From positions 6,048,001 to 6,112,000 of the forward strand of contig OZ244065.1 in the NCBI GenBank assembly GCA_965215505.1: a stretch of 64,000 bases of DNA. Reading direction: 5' to 3'. How positions within the stretch are numbered: position 1 is the stretch's first letter; each line of letters starts with the position of its first letter. The position numbers and the translations under genes were made by a program. The notes beneath the pieces are model-generated. The model saw only the letters and a program-made list of their open reading frames with translations, was not told where the DNA came from and searched no databases. Shown in pieces: positions 1 to 11,084 of this stretch. This DNA is from Capsulimonadaceae bacterium. GTDB taxonomy: Bacteria; Armatimonadota; Armatimonadia; Armatimonadales; Capsulimonadaceae.

Positions 1-78
1 TCGCTCAACCGCGCCCGCCAGGCGACCATCACCAAGGAGATCGCCGAGATCGTCGGCGGTGCCGAGGCGCTGAGGTAA
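1..78 (+). CDS. atpG: F1 ATP synthase gamma subunit, C-terminal end (partial)
   Basis: Frame 1 reads SLNRARQATITKEIAEIVGGAEALR*, the conserved gamma C-terminus; upstream of atpD. Confidence 0.95.
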   Translation, partial: SLNRARQATITKEIAEIVGGAEALR

Positions 79-80
79 AC

Positions 81-527
81 GTGCCCGACGCGCTCACATT
101 GCAGGGCAACGGCGGTACTCTCTCGCTCGAAGTGGTCAGCAAAAATGGGTGGTGCGGCTGTTACTTAGAGGCGGGCGAACGGAGGTTTCTGGGAGCAGAT
201 GATGTTCGGCACATCGCCAGTAGGCTTCTGGGAGCGTTAGGCGATGACAACGAATTAGCCCCAATAGCCGGGCAGTTTGAGGGCTACGATGTTCGATGCT
301 CCCTCTTGCTGTCAGAGGTGCATCATGCTCTCTACGTTGCCGTTGAAGGCCAGGACAGCGTCTTGCTCTGGCAGCACGCAAATGGGACGCCGATGCTCAT
401 TGTTGGCACCATAAAGCTTTCCCCTGAACAGAGGCATCGCTGGCTGTCGCAGATCAAGGAGTTCTGCCCAGACATCTGGCCTTCGTTTCAAGGCAGCGGC
501 TATTTGGACCAAAAGCCTACTGTGTAG
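81..527 (+). CDS. Hypothetical protein inserted between atpG and atpD
   Basis: 148-aa ORF starting 2 nt after the atpG stop; more AT-rich codon usage than flanking atp genes. Confidence 0.6.
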   Translation: MPDALTLQGNGGTLSLEVVSKNGWCGCYLEAGERRFLGADDVRHIASRLLGALGDDNELAPIAGQFEGYDVRCSLLLSEVHHALYVAVEGQDSVLLWQHANGTPMLIVGTIKLSPEQRHRWLSQIKEFCPDIWPSFQGSGYLDQKPTV

Positions 528-579
528 ATGTTCCAAAGCAGGGCGATTGCCTCTTGATACTGCCCTCTTTCCACGATCG

Positions 580-718
580 GACCACGCCATGAATGGCACG
601 GCTAACCGGCCTTCGGCCAGGCAGTACCGCTTCGCGGCACTCGGCTGGACTCTCAGCCCCGCGAAGCGGCGGCTTCTCGGCGTCCGCGCCGGATAGCCGT
701 GCCATTCATGGCATGGTC
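580..718. repeat. REPIN/MITE-like nested inverted repeat
   Basis: 580-610 gaccacgccatgaatggcacggctaaccggc pairs with 688-718 (31 bp, 2 mismatches); inner stem ccgcttcgcgg (627-637)/ccgcgaagcgg (659-669); each arm is itself an imperfect palindrome. Confidence 0.85.
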
Positions 719-757
719 AAGAACGCCTCATCGCCATGCCAGGTTCGTCCCTCTCGC

Positions 758-787
758 TTGACACCTGCCCCCCCTTTCGGCTATACT
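758..787 (+). promoter_or_regulatory. Sigma70-type promoter upstream of atpD
   Basis: TTGACA (758-763), 18 bp spacer, TATACT (782-787). Confidence 0.6.
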
Positions 788-852
788 CAGTTCAACTTAG
801 CGCACTTTTTCACAGATAAACAGAAGGTTAAAAGCTTTTCAGAGGAGAATAG

Positions 853-2292
<1,440 letters not shown>

Positions 2293-2371
2293 TTCCCGAT
2301 TGGGCCTGGCGTCGGGGAGTGACCGCTCACCCCCCGGTGCCGGGCCTGCGATTTTTCTGAGACAAACACCC

Positions 2372-2794
2372 ATGGCAGCAACGTATACCCTAGACGTGGT
2401 CACCCCGGAGCGCATCATGCTCAGTGAGCCGGTGACGCAGACCGTCGCGCCCGGCACCGAGGGGCAGCTCGGCATCCTCGCGAACCACGCGCCGCTGATG
2501 ACCGAACTCGCCCCCGGCGAGATCCTGGCGACCCTGGCCGATGGCCGGACGACCGCACACATCGTCATCTCCGGCGGCTTCATGGAGGTCGCGCCCGGCG
2601 GCGGGCGGACGACGATCCTCGCGGACAACGCCGAGCGCGCCGACGAAATAGACCTCACGCGGGCCGAGGCGGACCTCGCCGCCGCCCAGCAGATGTTGGC
2701 CGGGACCGAGGCCGGCTCCGACCAGCAGGCGGAGGCGCGGCGGTCGCTCGCCCACGCCGAGACGCGCATCCGCGTCTCCCGCAGCCGGCGATGA
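2372..2794 (+). CDS. atpC: F1 ATP synthase epsilon subunit
   Basis: LDVVTPER, PGTEGQLGILANHAPL, ISGGFMEV; follows atpD; start set at ATG 2372. Confidence 0.95.
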   Translation: MAATYTLDVVTPERIMLSEPVTQTVAPGTEGQLGILANHAPLMTELAPGEILATLADGRTTAHIVISGGFMEVAPGGGRTTILADNAERADEIDLTRAEADLAAAQQMLAGTEAGSDQQAEARRSLAHAETRIRVSRSRR

Positions 2795-2912
2795 GATTAA
2801 AGTAAGACAGCCGCACGGATTGCGGACAAAAATGCAAGAACGAACCTTTCAATCCAACATTGGATGATTCGTGCCGGCAAGTACCTCTGCGGGAAGAGGG
2901 AGACAAACGCTT

Positions 2913-4106
2913 TTGGCACATGAGAATAACACGGCGCTGAAAGTCTGGCGCCTGCTCTTCGTGAGCGCCCTGCTGGTTCTCGGCGGCATCCTCGGCTTCC
3001 AGGCCGGAGCACAGATCGTCACCTGGGTCAACAACCCGAACAACACGAACCCCGTCCTCCTGGCCTCACGCGAGAGCATGGGGGCGGGCACGGGCCGCAC
3101 AATCGCCCTCGCCGCCTTCACGCTGCTTGGCATCCTGTTCGCCCGGCTGGTCTCGACGCCCGCCTTCCAGCGGCTCGTCCTCGCCGGGGACCGCCTCAAG
3201 GAGATGAAGCCGAACGAGAAGGTCGCCACCTTCGTCGGAGTCATGGTCGGCCTGCTGCTGACCCTGATGCTGCGCTCGTGCTTCCCCTTCCTCGGCATCT
3301 GGGGCACCGCCGTCGTCGGCATCGTCCTGATCTACCTCGGCATCGTCGCGACCTGGAGCATGAAGGACGAAGTCCGCCTGTTCCTGCCGGGTGCCCCGGC
3401 CCTGCCCGCCGACGCCAAAGACACGCCGCCGGAACAGTGCAAGATACTCGACACTAATGTCATTATTGACGGCCGCGTCGCCGATATCTGCCGCACCGGT
3501 TTCATCGAAGGCCCCATCTACGTCCCCGGCTTCGTGCTGGATGAACTCCAGCACATCGCCGACTCGGCGGATAGCCTCAAACGGGCGCGGGGCCGGCGCG
3601 GGCTTGACATCCTGAACGCCATGCGGACCGAGCAGAAGATGATGGTCCGCACCTACGACAGCACCGACCCGAACGACCGGGACGAAGTGGACGCCAAGCT
3701 GGTCAAGCTGGCGAAGAAGCTGGGCGGCAAGATCGTCACCAACGACTACAACCTGAACAAAGTCGCCGAGCTTCAGGGCGTCGCCGTGCTGAACATCAAC
3801 GAGCTGGCGAACGCCGTCAAGCCGGTCGTCCTGCCCGGCGAGGAGATGCCCGTCACCATCATCAAGATCGGCAAGGAGCCGGACCAGGGCGTCGCCTACC
3901 TCGATGACGGCACCATGATCGTCGTGGAAGGCGGACGCCGCCACATCGGCGAGACGCTCACCGTCGTCACCAGCACCGTCCTTCAGACTGTGGCCGGCAA
4001 GATGATCTTCGCCCGGCTGCGTGATGAGACCGAGGAAGAAGAGGGGTATGACCGCAACCTACGCGCTTATCCCGGCGGCGGGCCGCGCCGCAAGATTCAG
4101 CACTGA
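2913..4106 (+). CDS. YacL-like membrane-anchored PIN/TRAM domain protein
   Basis: N-terminal TM helices, ILDTNVIIDGR PIN motif, GVAYLDDGTMIVVE TRAM region; upstream of ispD as in Firmicutes; TTG start after GAGGGAG chosen (uncertain). Confidence 0.9.
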   Translation: MAHENNTALKVWRLLFVSALLVLGGILGFQAGAQIVTWVNNPNNTNPVLLASRESMGAGTGRTIALAAFTLLGILFARLVSTPAFQRLVLAGDRLKEMKPNEKVATFVGVMVGLLLTLMLRSCFPFLGIWGTAVVGIVLIYLGIVATWSMKDEVRLFLPGAPALPADAKDTPPEQCKILDTNVIIDGRVADICRTGFIEGPIYVPGFVLDELQHIADSADSLKRARGRRGLDILNAMRTEQKMMVRTYDSTDPNDRDEVDAKLVKLAKKLGGKIVTNDYNLNKVAELQGVAVLNINELANAVKPVVLPGEEMPVTIIKIGKEPDQGVAYLDDGTMIVVEGGRRHIGETLTVVTSTVLQTVAGKMIFARLRDETEEEEGYDRNLRAYPGGGPRRKIQH

Positions 4107-5238
4107 CGGAGGCCCCGAGGGGAACAAGGTCTTCGCGCCCCTGGCGGGCCGGCCCCTGCTGCGTTGGACCGTGGAAGCCTTCGCCGCCCATGCCGCCATT
4201 GACGGCATCCTGGTGGTCGCCGGTGCGGGCGAGGTCGCCCGTTGCCGCGAGGCGCTGGCCGGAGTGGACAAACTGCTCTCGATCATCCCCGGCGGTGAGA
4301 CGCGGCAGGCTTCGGTCGCCATTGGCCTGTTCACCCTGGGCGGGGCCGCCGACGACCTCGTCCTGGTCCACGACGGCGCGCGGCCCCTGGTCACGCCGGA
4401 CATCATCACGCGCTGCCTGGAAGGCGCGCGCGAATTCGGCAACGCCGTCGCCGCCTTGCCCGTGGCCGACACCCTGAAAGCCGTGGACGCACAGCAGGCC
4501 GTCCAGCGCACCGTAGACCGTGAAGGGCTGTGGGCGGTCCAGACGCCGCAGGCCTTCCGCATGGCGACTCTGTTTGAGGCCCACATCGCCGCCCGCGATC
4601 AGGGCTGGACCGGCACCGACGAGGCTTCTTTGGTGGAGAGGTACGGCAGCGAGCCGGTCCACCTCGTCCTCGGTGGCCCCGACAATTTCAAGGTCACGCG
4701 CCCCGCCGATCTAAATCTTGCCGAGGCGGTCCTGCGCGCCCGGATGGACGGACCCATGGCACAGACCCGCATTGGCTTCGGCTACGACATCCACCCCTTC
4801 ATCGTTGGCCGGAAGCTCATGCTCGGCGGCGTCGAGATTCCCAGCCCGCGCGGCCTCGACGGGCACTCCGACGCCGACGTCCTCCTCCACGCCCTCTGCG
4901 ATGCCCTGCTCGGCGCGGCGGGCCTGCCGGACATCGGGAACCTCTTCCCGAACACCGACCCCGCCTACAAAGGCATCTCCAGCCTGGAGCTTCTGCGCCA
5001 GGTCTGCGCGCGCACCGTCGCGGCGGGCTACCAGGTCGGCAATGTGGACCTCACCCTCATCGCCGAGGCCCCCAAGATCGCCCCCCATGTGCCGCAGATG
5101 CGCGCGCTCATCGCCGAGGCTCTGCGTATCGAACCCGCCCGCGTGGGTATAAAAGCGACCACGAACGAGGGACTCGGGTCGCTGGGGCGCGGGGAGGGCA
5201 TCGCCGCCCACGCCGTCGCCGCCATCATCGGTCCCTAA
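4048..5238 (+). CDS. ispDF: Bifunctional IspD/IspF (MEP pathway)
   Basis: IspD motifs IPAAG, VHDGARP, QTPQAF; IspF motifs RIGFGYDIH, GHSDADVLLHA, KATTNE; overlaps the upstream gene by 59 nt. Confidence 0.95.
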   Translation: MTATYALIPAAGRAARFSTDGGPEGNKVFAPLAGRPLLRWTVEAFAAHAAIDGILVVAGAGEVARCREALAGVDKLLSIIPGGETRQASVAIGLFTLGGAADDLVLVHDGARPLVTPDIITRCLEGAREFGNAVAALPVADTLKAVDAQQAVQRTVDREGLWAVQTPQAFRMATLFEAHIAARDQGWTGTDEASLVERYGSEPVHLVLGGPDNFKVTRPADLNLAEAVLRARMDGPMAQTRIGFGYDIHPFIVGRKLMLGGVEIPSPRGLDGHSDADVLLHALCDALLGAAGLPDIGNLFPNTDPAYKGISSLELLRQVCARTVAAGYQVGNVDLTLIAEAPKIAPHVPQMRALIAEALRIEPARVGIKATTNEGLGSLGRGEGIAAHAVAAIIGP

Positions 5239-5269
5239 AGAAAAGGGACTAAAGGAAAGGGGAACAGTC

Positions 5270-5842
5270 ATGGCTATCGCCGTCACCGTCAAGGGCAAGC
5301 ATCTTCAGGTCACGGAGGGCCTGCGCGAACACGCCCAGAACCGCCTCCAGAAGCTGGAAACCTACTTCCAGAACATCCGCGAGGTCATCGTCGTCGAGAG
5401 CGTCGAGGGCGCACAGCACCGGGTCGAGGTCACCCTCCAGGGTGACGGCCTCCTGCTGCGCGGCGAGGAGCGCACCAACGACATGTATGCCTCCCTCGAC
5501 CGCGTCGTGGACAAACTGGAAGCGCGCCTGCGGAAGTTCAAGGCCAAGCACACCCACCTCCGCAACCACCAGCAAAGCCTCCGCACCAACATGGACATCT
5601 CGAACGGGGCGGGCATGGACGGCATCCTCGCCGCCGACAGTGAGGAGGACGTGGACGACAGCCCGCGCATCGTCCGCACCAAGGCCGTCACCATGAAGCC
5701 GATGGGCATCGACGACGCCGTCCAGATGCTGGAACTGACCGACCACGAGTGGTACGTCTACCTGGACATGGACACCCACATGACCCAGGTGGTCTACCGC
5801 CGCCGCGACGGCAACTACGGCCTGGTCGTCCCGAAGATCTAG
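5270..5842 (+). CDS. hpf: Ribosome hibernation factor, long HPF/RaiA family
   Basis: DMYASLDRVVDKLEARLRKFK and C-terminal KPM...A...M...VVYRRRDGNYGL. Confidence 0.93.
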   Translation: MAIAVTVKGKHLQVTEGLREHAQNRLQKLETYFQNIREVIVVESVEGAQHRVEVTLQGDGLLLRGEERTNDMYASLDRVVDKLEARLRKFKAKHTHLRNHQQSLRTNMDISNGAGMDGILAADSEEDVDDSPRIVRTKAVTMKPMGIDDAVQMLELTDHEWYVYLDMDTHMTQVVYRRRDGNYGLVVPKI

Positions 5843-5853
5843 GGCTTCACCCG

Positions 5854-5881
5854 AGGGGCAGGCTTGTTAAGCCTGCCCCTT
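5854..5881 (+). terminator. Hairpin after hpf
   Basis: aggggcaggctt / aagcctgcccct perfect 12-bp stem; weak U-tract. Confidence 0.55.
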
Positions 5882-5923
5882 GAATCGTTCTGAGAATAGT
5901 CCTGCCCCTCAGGAGTCTACAGC

Positions 5924-6232
5924 ATGAAACGGCTTTACCGATCCATTATCGTCCTCGCTTCTACCGCAGTAGGAACAGCATTTGGAGTGTGTCTGATGCG
6001 CTTGGCAGGCACCCCTCTGGCCCAACATCTTGCGCTCGCGCCTAAATCAGCGAAGCCCGCCGTCCACGATTTCGGTGACATGATTGCCGACCTCTTTTGC
6101 CTGGGTTACTACACGGGTCTGCTTACGGGCGTCGTGATGACACTCGCTGTTTTCGGGGGACTGGTCGCCGGTTTCGCGTTCGCCCGGCGCGTGGGAACGC
6201 CTGACTCTTCCTTTGGGCTGAAAGTGGCTTGA
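5924..6232 (+). CDS. Hypothetical small membrane protein
   Basis: AGGAG RBS; two hydrophobic segments. Confidence 0.6.
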   Translation: MKRLYRSIIVLASTAVGTAFGVCLMRLAGTPLAQHLALAPKSAKPAVHDFGDMIADLFCLGYYTGLLTGVVMTLAVFGGLVAGFAFARRVGTPDSSFGLKVA

Positions 6233-6378
6233 ATAAACCGCCCTACGATTGGCGACAACGTGCTAAGGAAAGGACCCGTGCCCTTGCAGTTGTACGCTTC
6301 TCATGCGGCCACTCTGAGACACAGTTCTGCCTCCCGCTGCCTTTTTAGAGTGGGCGTCTGCCCTGATGAGGGGGCTTT

Positions 6379-6855
6379 ATGAACTATCAGGATAACCCAG
6401 AACGAGACCGGTTGACGCGGCAGATTCTGAGCGCAGACACCCTGCCGGAAATCCATGCCGCCCAGGCGGCGCTGCGCCTCTGGCGCGAGCGTTACCCGGA
6501 GGACTGGGGCATCCTGGACGCCGGAGAGCAGTTGTCGCTGATAGAGGATGCCCTCCTGGAAGACGACTCACCCCCCGGTCAGTCGCCCTCCTGGACCGAG
6601 CGGCAGCGCCTGGAGTATCAGGTCATTGGTGCCCGGACCTTGCCGAAGATCGCCGCCGCACGCCCTGCCCTGCGTCAATGGGCAGAACGCCACCCTGAAC
6701 ACGGGCAGGACGAGCTACTGGAAACGCTTTTCCTACTGCTGGATGTTGTGGAAGAGAGCCAAGGCGGAGGCCCGTTCGCCGACAAACAGGAGGCGCGGGA
6801 GCTGGTCGGGCAGGCCGTGTGGGCGGGCCGGAAACCCTCGTCCCGCGAGTTTTGA
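6379..6855 (+). CDS. Hypothetical protein with internal two-fold repeat
   Basis: ILSADTLPEIHAAQAALRLWRERYPED repeated as VIGARTLPKIAAARPALRQWAERHPEH; GAGGGGG RBS. Confidence 0.65.
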   Translation: MNYQDNPERDRLTRQILSADTLPEIHAAQAALRLWRERYPEDWGILDAGEQLSLIEDALLEDDSPPGQSPSWTERQRLEYQVIGARTLPKIAAARPALRQWAERHPEHGQDELLETLFLLLDVVEESQGGGPFADKQEARELVGQAVWAGRKPSSREF

Positions 6856-6857
6856 GG

Positions 6858-7535
6858 ATGTCAATCAAGCAAATCTTTATGCCGATATTGGGCCGGGATT
6901 TCCCCCTGGCTCATGTGGAGGAGAGTGATGGGCGTTTGGTCATACGCCAGTCCAACGGCCCGGCCCTTCGCAATTTTCGCAACACATTTCTCACGTTCGG
7001 TGGGAGTGCAGTCTCCTTCCTCGTCTACTATGCGCTCTTTCCAAAAGCCGTACACGATTGGTTTCATGGCATGTCAGCTTCCGGGTCGCCCGTCGGCCCC
7101 CTTGTTTTCCTGTGCTTTCCGATCGTAGCAATGGGGTTCCAGTCGGTCAACCGGCTTTTCGGGAAAGAGACTTTCGTCTTCGACAGGAACCAAGGCGTCT
7201 TTATCCGCAATGGGTATACAGTCGGGCCGCTACGGAACATCCGGGCGGTCACGGCGCAAATCACAGGCGGGGCGCAGGGGCAATACCCGATGTTCCGACT
7301 CATCCTGGAACTGCCGCGTTGCGAGACAGTAACAATCGTGAGGACGCACGACATCCCGAACGAGCGAGAGTTTCGCCTCAGCGGCAACGGCTTCAGCGAC
7401 CCGAACAAACGGTTCGCCATGTTCACGCCGTGGCTAGACTATGACGAGCAGAACTTGGTTCCGTTTCTCCCGCAGGAGATCGTGGAGCTGCGCGAGAAGA
7501 TATTGCAGTATGTTGGCGAACAGGCGAAGTGCTGA
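6858..7535 (+). CDS. Hypothetical membrane protein (2 TM plus beta-rich domain)
   Basis: ATG 2 nt after the previous stop; two hydrophobic helices. Confidence 0.6.
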   Translation: MSIKQIFMPILGRDFPLAHVEESDGRLVIRQSNGPALRNFRNTFLTFGGSAVSFLVYYALFPKAVHDWFHGMSASGSPVGPLVFLCFPIVAMGFQSVNRLFGKETFVFDRNQGVFIRNGYTVGPLRNIRAVTAQITGGAQGQYPMFRLILELPRCETVTIVRTHDIPNEREFRLSGNGFSDPNKRFAMFTPWLDYDEQNLVPFLPQEIVELREKILQYVGEQAKC

Positions 7536-7741
7536 GATCGTTCATGCCCCTCTGCCATGAAATGCCCTGCCTGCTGACCCGTAGCGGCGCTGACGGTCGG
7601 CTTCAATCTAGACATCTACCATCTGGCGTAGATGGCGGAAGCCGCTGATGAACCTCTGGCCCTTTAGCCCCGTATGTCAGGTATAATGACCCGGCTGCCT
7701 GAACAGGCTTGGCACTAATTTTTGGGGAGAATACTCAGAAC

Positions 7742-8782
7742 ATGAAGATCGGTATGCTGACCGGCGGCGGCGACTGCCCCGGCTTGAACCCGGCCATCCG
7801 CGGGGCCGTCCTGCGCCTGCTGGACTACGGCGATGAGGTCATCGGCTTCACGCAGGGCTGGAAGGGTCTCGTCGAAGGCAACACGGAGCCGCTGACGCTG
7901 GAACGGGTCGAGGGCATCATTGACCAGGGCGGGACCATCCTGCGCTCCTCGCGCACCAATCCGTTCGCGCCGGGCAAAGAAGCCCAGCTTGAGGCCGTGC
8001 TTGCCAACATCAAGAAGTTCGAACTCGACGCATTGGTTGCGCTGGGCGGTGAAGACACCCTAGGAGTCGCCTCCAAGCTGTACACGCAGCACGGGGTCAA
8101 GACGGTCGGCGTTCCTAAGACGATGGACAACGACCTGAGCCTGACCGACTACACCTTTGGCTTCGACTCGGCCGCCTCGGTCGCCCTGGACTCCATTGAC
8201 CGTCTGCGTGACACAGCCAAGTCGCACGACCGCGTCATCGTCGTCGAGATCATGGGCCGCCACGCCGGCTGGATGGCGCTGTGGTCGGGCGTCGCGGGCG
8301 GCGCGGACTGGATTCTGATCCCCGAAGTCCCCTTCGACATGGACGCCATGTGCGCCCACCTGAAGGCGAACTACGCGCGTGGCAAGACCCATGGCATAGT
8401 GGCAGTCAGCGAGGGCGTCGAGATCCCCGGCGCGCAGAAGGCCGACGATGCCGCCCTGGACGCCTTCGGGCATCATCAGCTCGGCGAAGTCGGCATCGGG
8501 CCTGCCGTCGCCAAGGAGATCGAGAGCCGGACCGGCATACCGACCCGCAGCGCAGTCCTGGGCCATGTCGTGCGCGGCGGCTCGCCGACCCTCTTCGACC
8601 GCATCCTGGGAACGCGCGTCGGCATCAAGGCCGCCGAGCTTGTCCACGAAGGCGACTTCGGCAAGATGGTCGCCTTGCAGGGCACGGAGATCGTCGCCGT
8701 CCCCATCCAGGACGCCGTCAAGCAGTGGAAATTGGTTTCCCAGGCCCTCTATGACGAGTTCGTGACGACCTTCAACAAGTAG
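7742..8782 (+). CDS. pfkA: 6-phosphofructokinase, probably PPi-dependent or mixed (group III)
   Basis: TGGGDCPGLN, GGEDT, PKTMDND, EIMGRHAG, LGHVVRGG. Confidence 0.93.
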   Translation: MKIGMLTGGGDCPGLNPAIRGAVLRLLDYGDEVIGFTQGWKGLVEGNTEPLTLERVEGIIDQGGTILRSSRTNPFAPGKEAQLEAVLANIKKFELDALVALGGEDTLGVASKLYTQHGVKTVGVPKTMDNDLSLTDYTFGFDSAASVALDSIDRLRDTAKSHDRVIVVEIMGRHAGWMALWSGVAGGADWILIPEVPFDMDAMCAHLKANYARGKTHGIVAVSEGVEIPGAQKADDAALDAFGHHQLGEVGIGPAVAKEIESRTGIPTRSAVLGHVVRGGSPTLFDRILGTRVGIKAAELVHEGDFGKMVALQGTEIVAVPIQDAVKQWKLVSQALYDEFVTTFNK

Positions 8783-8832
8783 GGAATAGCCCCCCAGCCC
8801 TGTCATAGAGGCTGGGGGGCTGATCGTTTATC

Positions 8833-9822
8833 ATGCCCCTCGACATCATCACACTGGGCGAGGCCTTGATTGACCTGCCCGCCACCCAATCCGGCGTCTC
8901 GCTCGCTGACGCGCCCGGCTTTGCCAAAGTCCCCGCCGGGGCACCCGCCAATGTCGCCGTGGTCGCCGCCAAGCTGGGCCTGGGAACGGCCTTCCTCAGC
9001 AAAGTCGGCGATGACCCCTTCGGCGAGAGCATCATCCGCACCTTCGCCGGGCTGGGCGTAGACACCACCCGCGTCATCAAAGACAAGGCGGCACGGACGG
9101 GCCTCGCCTTCGTCTCCGTCATGCCCGACGGCAGCCGCGACTTCCTGTTCTACTTCGACCCCGCCCGCGACCTCGCCCTGCGCCCGGACGAGATGGACTT
9201 CGGCTGGCTGGACACCGCCCGCGTCCTCCACTACGGCAGCATCTCCCTGATCGCCGAGCCGAGCCGCAGCGCGACACTGGCCGCCGCCGGGAACCTGATC
9301 GGGGCGGGGACTGCCCTCTGCTCCTACGACCCGAACCTGCGCCCGTGGCTCTGGCCGGACGCCAAGGCCATGCGCGGCGGCGTCCTGCTCGGCTTCACCG
9401 TCGCCGACGTGGTCAAGATCAGCGTGGACGAGCTGGTGTTCCTGGTCCCCGAGGCCGCCGATGAGGCCGCCGCCGTCGCCGCGCTGATGCAGGAGTACCC
9501 GCTGCGGCTCATCGCCGTCACGGAGGGCGCGCTGGGCAGCCGGGGCTACACCCGCGACGGTGGCTTCGCCGACGCGCCCGGCTTCGGCGTCAATTTCGTG
9601 GATGCGACCGGGGCGGGGGACGCCTTCACGGCGGGCCTCCTTGCTTACCTGCTGGATCAGGGGCCTGACGCGAACGCCACGCTGGACGGCTTCGCGCCGC
9701 ACCTCGCCGACGCACTGCGCTACGCCAATGCCTGCGGCGCGCTGGCGACGACGTATTTAGGGGCCACGCCGCACGGCCTGACGCCGCAGACGGTGCAGGC
9801 CCTCTTGGAGACGACAGCATGA
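8833..9822 (+). CDS. PfkB-family carbohydrate kinase (fructokinase-like)
   Basis: GAPANVA, YDPNLR, DATGAGDAF. Confidence 0.92.
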   Translation: MPLDIITLGEALIDLPATQSGVSLADAPGFAKVPAGAPANVAVVAAKLGLGTAFLSKVGDDPFGESIIRTFAGLGVDTTRVIKDKAARTGLAFVSVMPDGSRDFLFYFDPARDLALRPDEMDFGWLDTARVLHYGSISLIAEPSRSATLAAAGNLIGAGTALCSYDPNLRPWLWPDAKAMRGGVLLGFTVADVVKISVDELVFLVPEAADEAAAVAALMQEYPLRLIAVTEGALGSRGYTRDGGFADAPGFGVNFVDATGAGDAFTAGLLAYLLDQGPDANATLDGFAPHLADALRYANACGALATTYLGATPHGLTPQTVQALLETTA

Positions 9823-10571
9823 TTACGATTGACCTTGCCGGAAAGAACGCGCTTGTCACGGGCGGGACGCGCGGCATCGGGCGGGCCATCAGCCGCCGCC
9901 TGGCCGAAGCGGGCGCGAACACCGCCGCCGTTTGGCGCGGCGACGCGGCGACCGCCGAGGCATCTCTCGCTGAACGGCAGGCGTTCGGCCTGGGCACACA
10001 CCGGAACTATCAGGCGGATATTGGCGAGGAGAGCCAGATTGACGAACTGATCGCGCAGTTCCGCGCCGACCATGACGACGGCTTGGACCTGCTCATCCTG
10101 AACGCCGGGATCGGCCTGGGCGGCAAGGTGACGGAGATCGAGCCGGCCCAATGGCGGCGGATGCTGGACGTGAACCTCGGCTCGGCCTTCCTGCTAACGC
10201 GCGGCCTCGTCCCTGTCATGCGCCGGGGCGGCTCCATCGTCGCCATCGGCAGCGGCTCTGGCCACGACCCCATCCCCGGCCTCGCCTTCTATGGGGCCTC
10301 CAAAGCCGCCCTCAACATGTTCATCGCCGATCTGGCCCAGGAAGTCGGGCCGGAGGGCATCCGCGCCAACGTCGTCTCGCCCGGCGGCACGGACACCAAA
10401 TTCCAGGGGAACGCGCCTTCTCCGAGCGTCAAGCAGGACGGCACGACTCATAATGCTTTGGGCCGTACCGGCGTCCCGGACGATGTCGCCGGGGCCGTCC
10501 TGTTCCTGTGCAGCGACCTCTCCGGATTCATCACCGGCCAGGCCCTCCGGGTGAACGGGGCGGCGCTTTAG
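9819..10571 (+). CDS. SDR family oxidoreductase
   Basis: TGGTRGIG, NAG, YGASK, ITGQ. Confidence 0.92.
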   Translation: MITIDLAGKNALVTGGTRGIGRAISRRLAEAGANTAAVWRGDAATAEASLAERQAFGLGTHRNYQADIGEESQIDELIAQFRADHDDGLDLLILNAGIGLGGKVTEIEPAQWRRMLDVNLGSAFLLTRGLVPVMRRGGSIVAIGSGSGHDPIPGLAFYGASKAALNMFIADLAQEVGPEGIRANVVSPGGTDTKFQGNAPSPSVKQDGTTHNALGRTGVPDDVAGAVLFLCSDLSGFITGQALRVNGAAL

Positions 10572-10598
10572 GCCCATATTCACGCACGGGTAGCGATC

Positions 10599-10964
10599 AT
10601 GGCCGAAATCGTTCTATATAGAGGCAAACAGTACTACGGGGTCTTTCGCCAATTAGATGTACTTCTGGACGGGGTCAAAGTGGGGAGCGTGTCGTATAAC
10701 CAAAGCAAGTCGTTCCCCATCAGCGGTGGGCGGCACGAGTTATCAGTCAAGATGGACTGGTGCGTCAGTCCGCCGTTCGTCTTCATGGGGAGAGACGGCT
10801 CGGTGGCTGAATTCGAGTGCGGATGCAATTTCGGGCCGCTCGGGGCATTGCTGGGTGTCCACGCCAACAGCCATGACTTCTTCTACATCCGGGCAATCAG
10901 CCCTTTAGAGGCGGGCGAAGGCATATGGCCTCCTGCACCGAGCGACTCACCGCCGACGTTCTGA
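10599..10964 (+). CDS. Hypothetical small beta-sandwich protein with C-terminal WPPAP tail
   Basis: VLLDGVKVGSV...GRHELSVKMDW pattern; ends GIWPPAPSDSPPTF. Confidence 0.6.
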   Translation: MAEIVLYRGKQYYGVFRQLDVLLDGVKVGSVSYNQSKSFPISGGRHELSVKMDWCVSPPFVFMGRDGSVAEFECGCNFGPLGALLGVHANSHDFFYIRAISPLEAGEGIWPPAPSDSPPTF

Positions 10965-11084
10965 CCTCGCCGCAGGCATTGCCGGGCGGACTGATGAGCA
11001 AACAAGGCAGCGGCCCCATTTCTAGGGAGCCTAGGGAGCCGTTGCCCTTCTATGTTATGCCGTTTGCCACACTAGGCAAAGCCT

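Noticed and set aside
580-718. Possible riboswitch, ncRNA or tRNA
   Set aside because: No recognisable conserved motif or cloverleaf; the architecture fits a REPIN-type repeat. An Rfam search would settle it
4048-5238. IspD-IspF fusion as a novelty
   Set aside because: Bifunctional IspDF is well known in many bacteria
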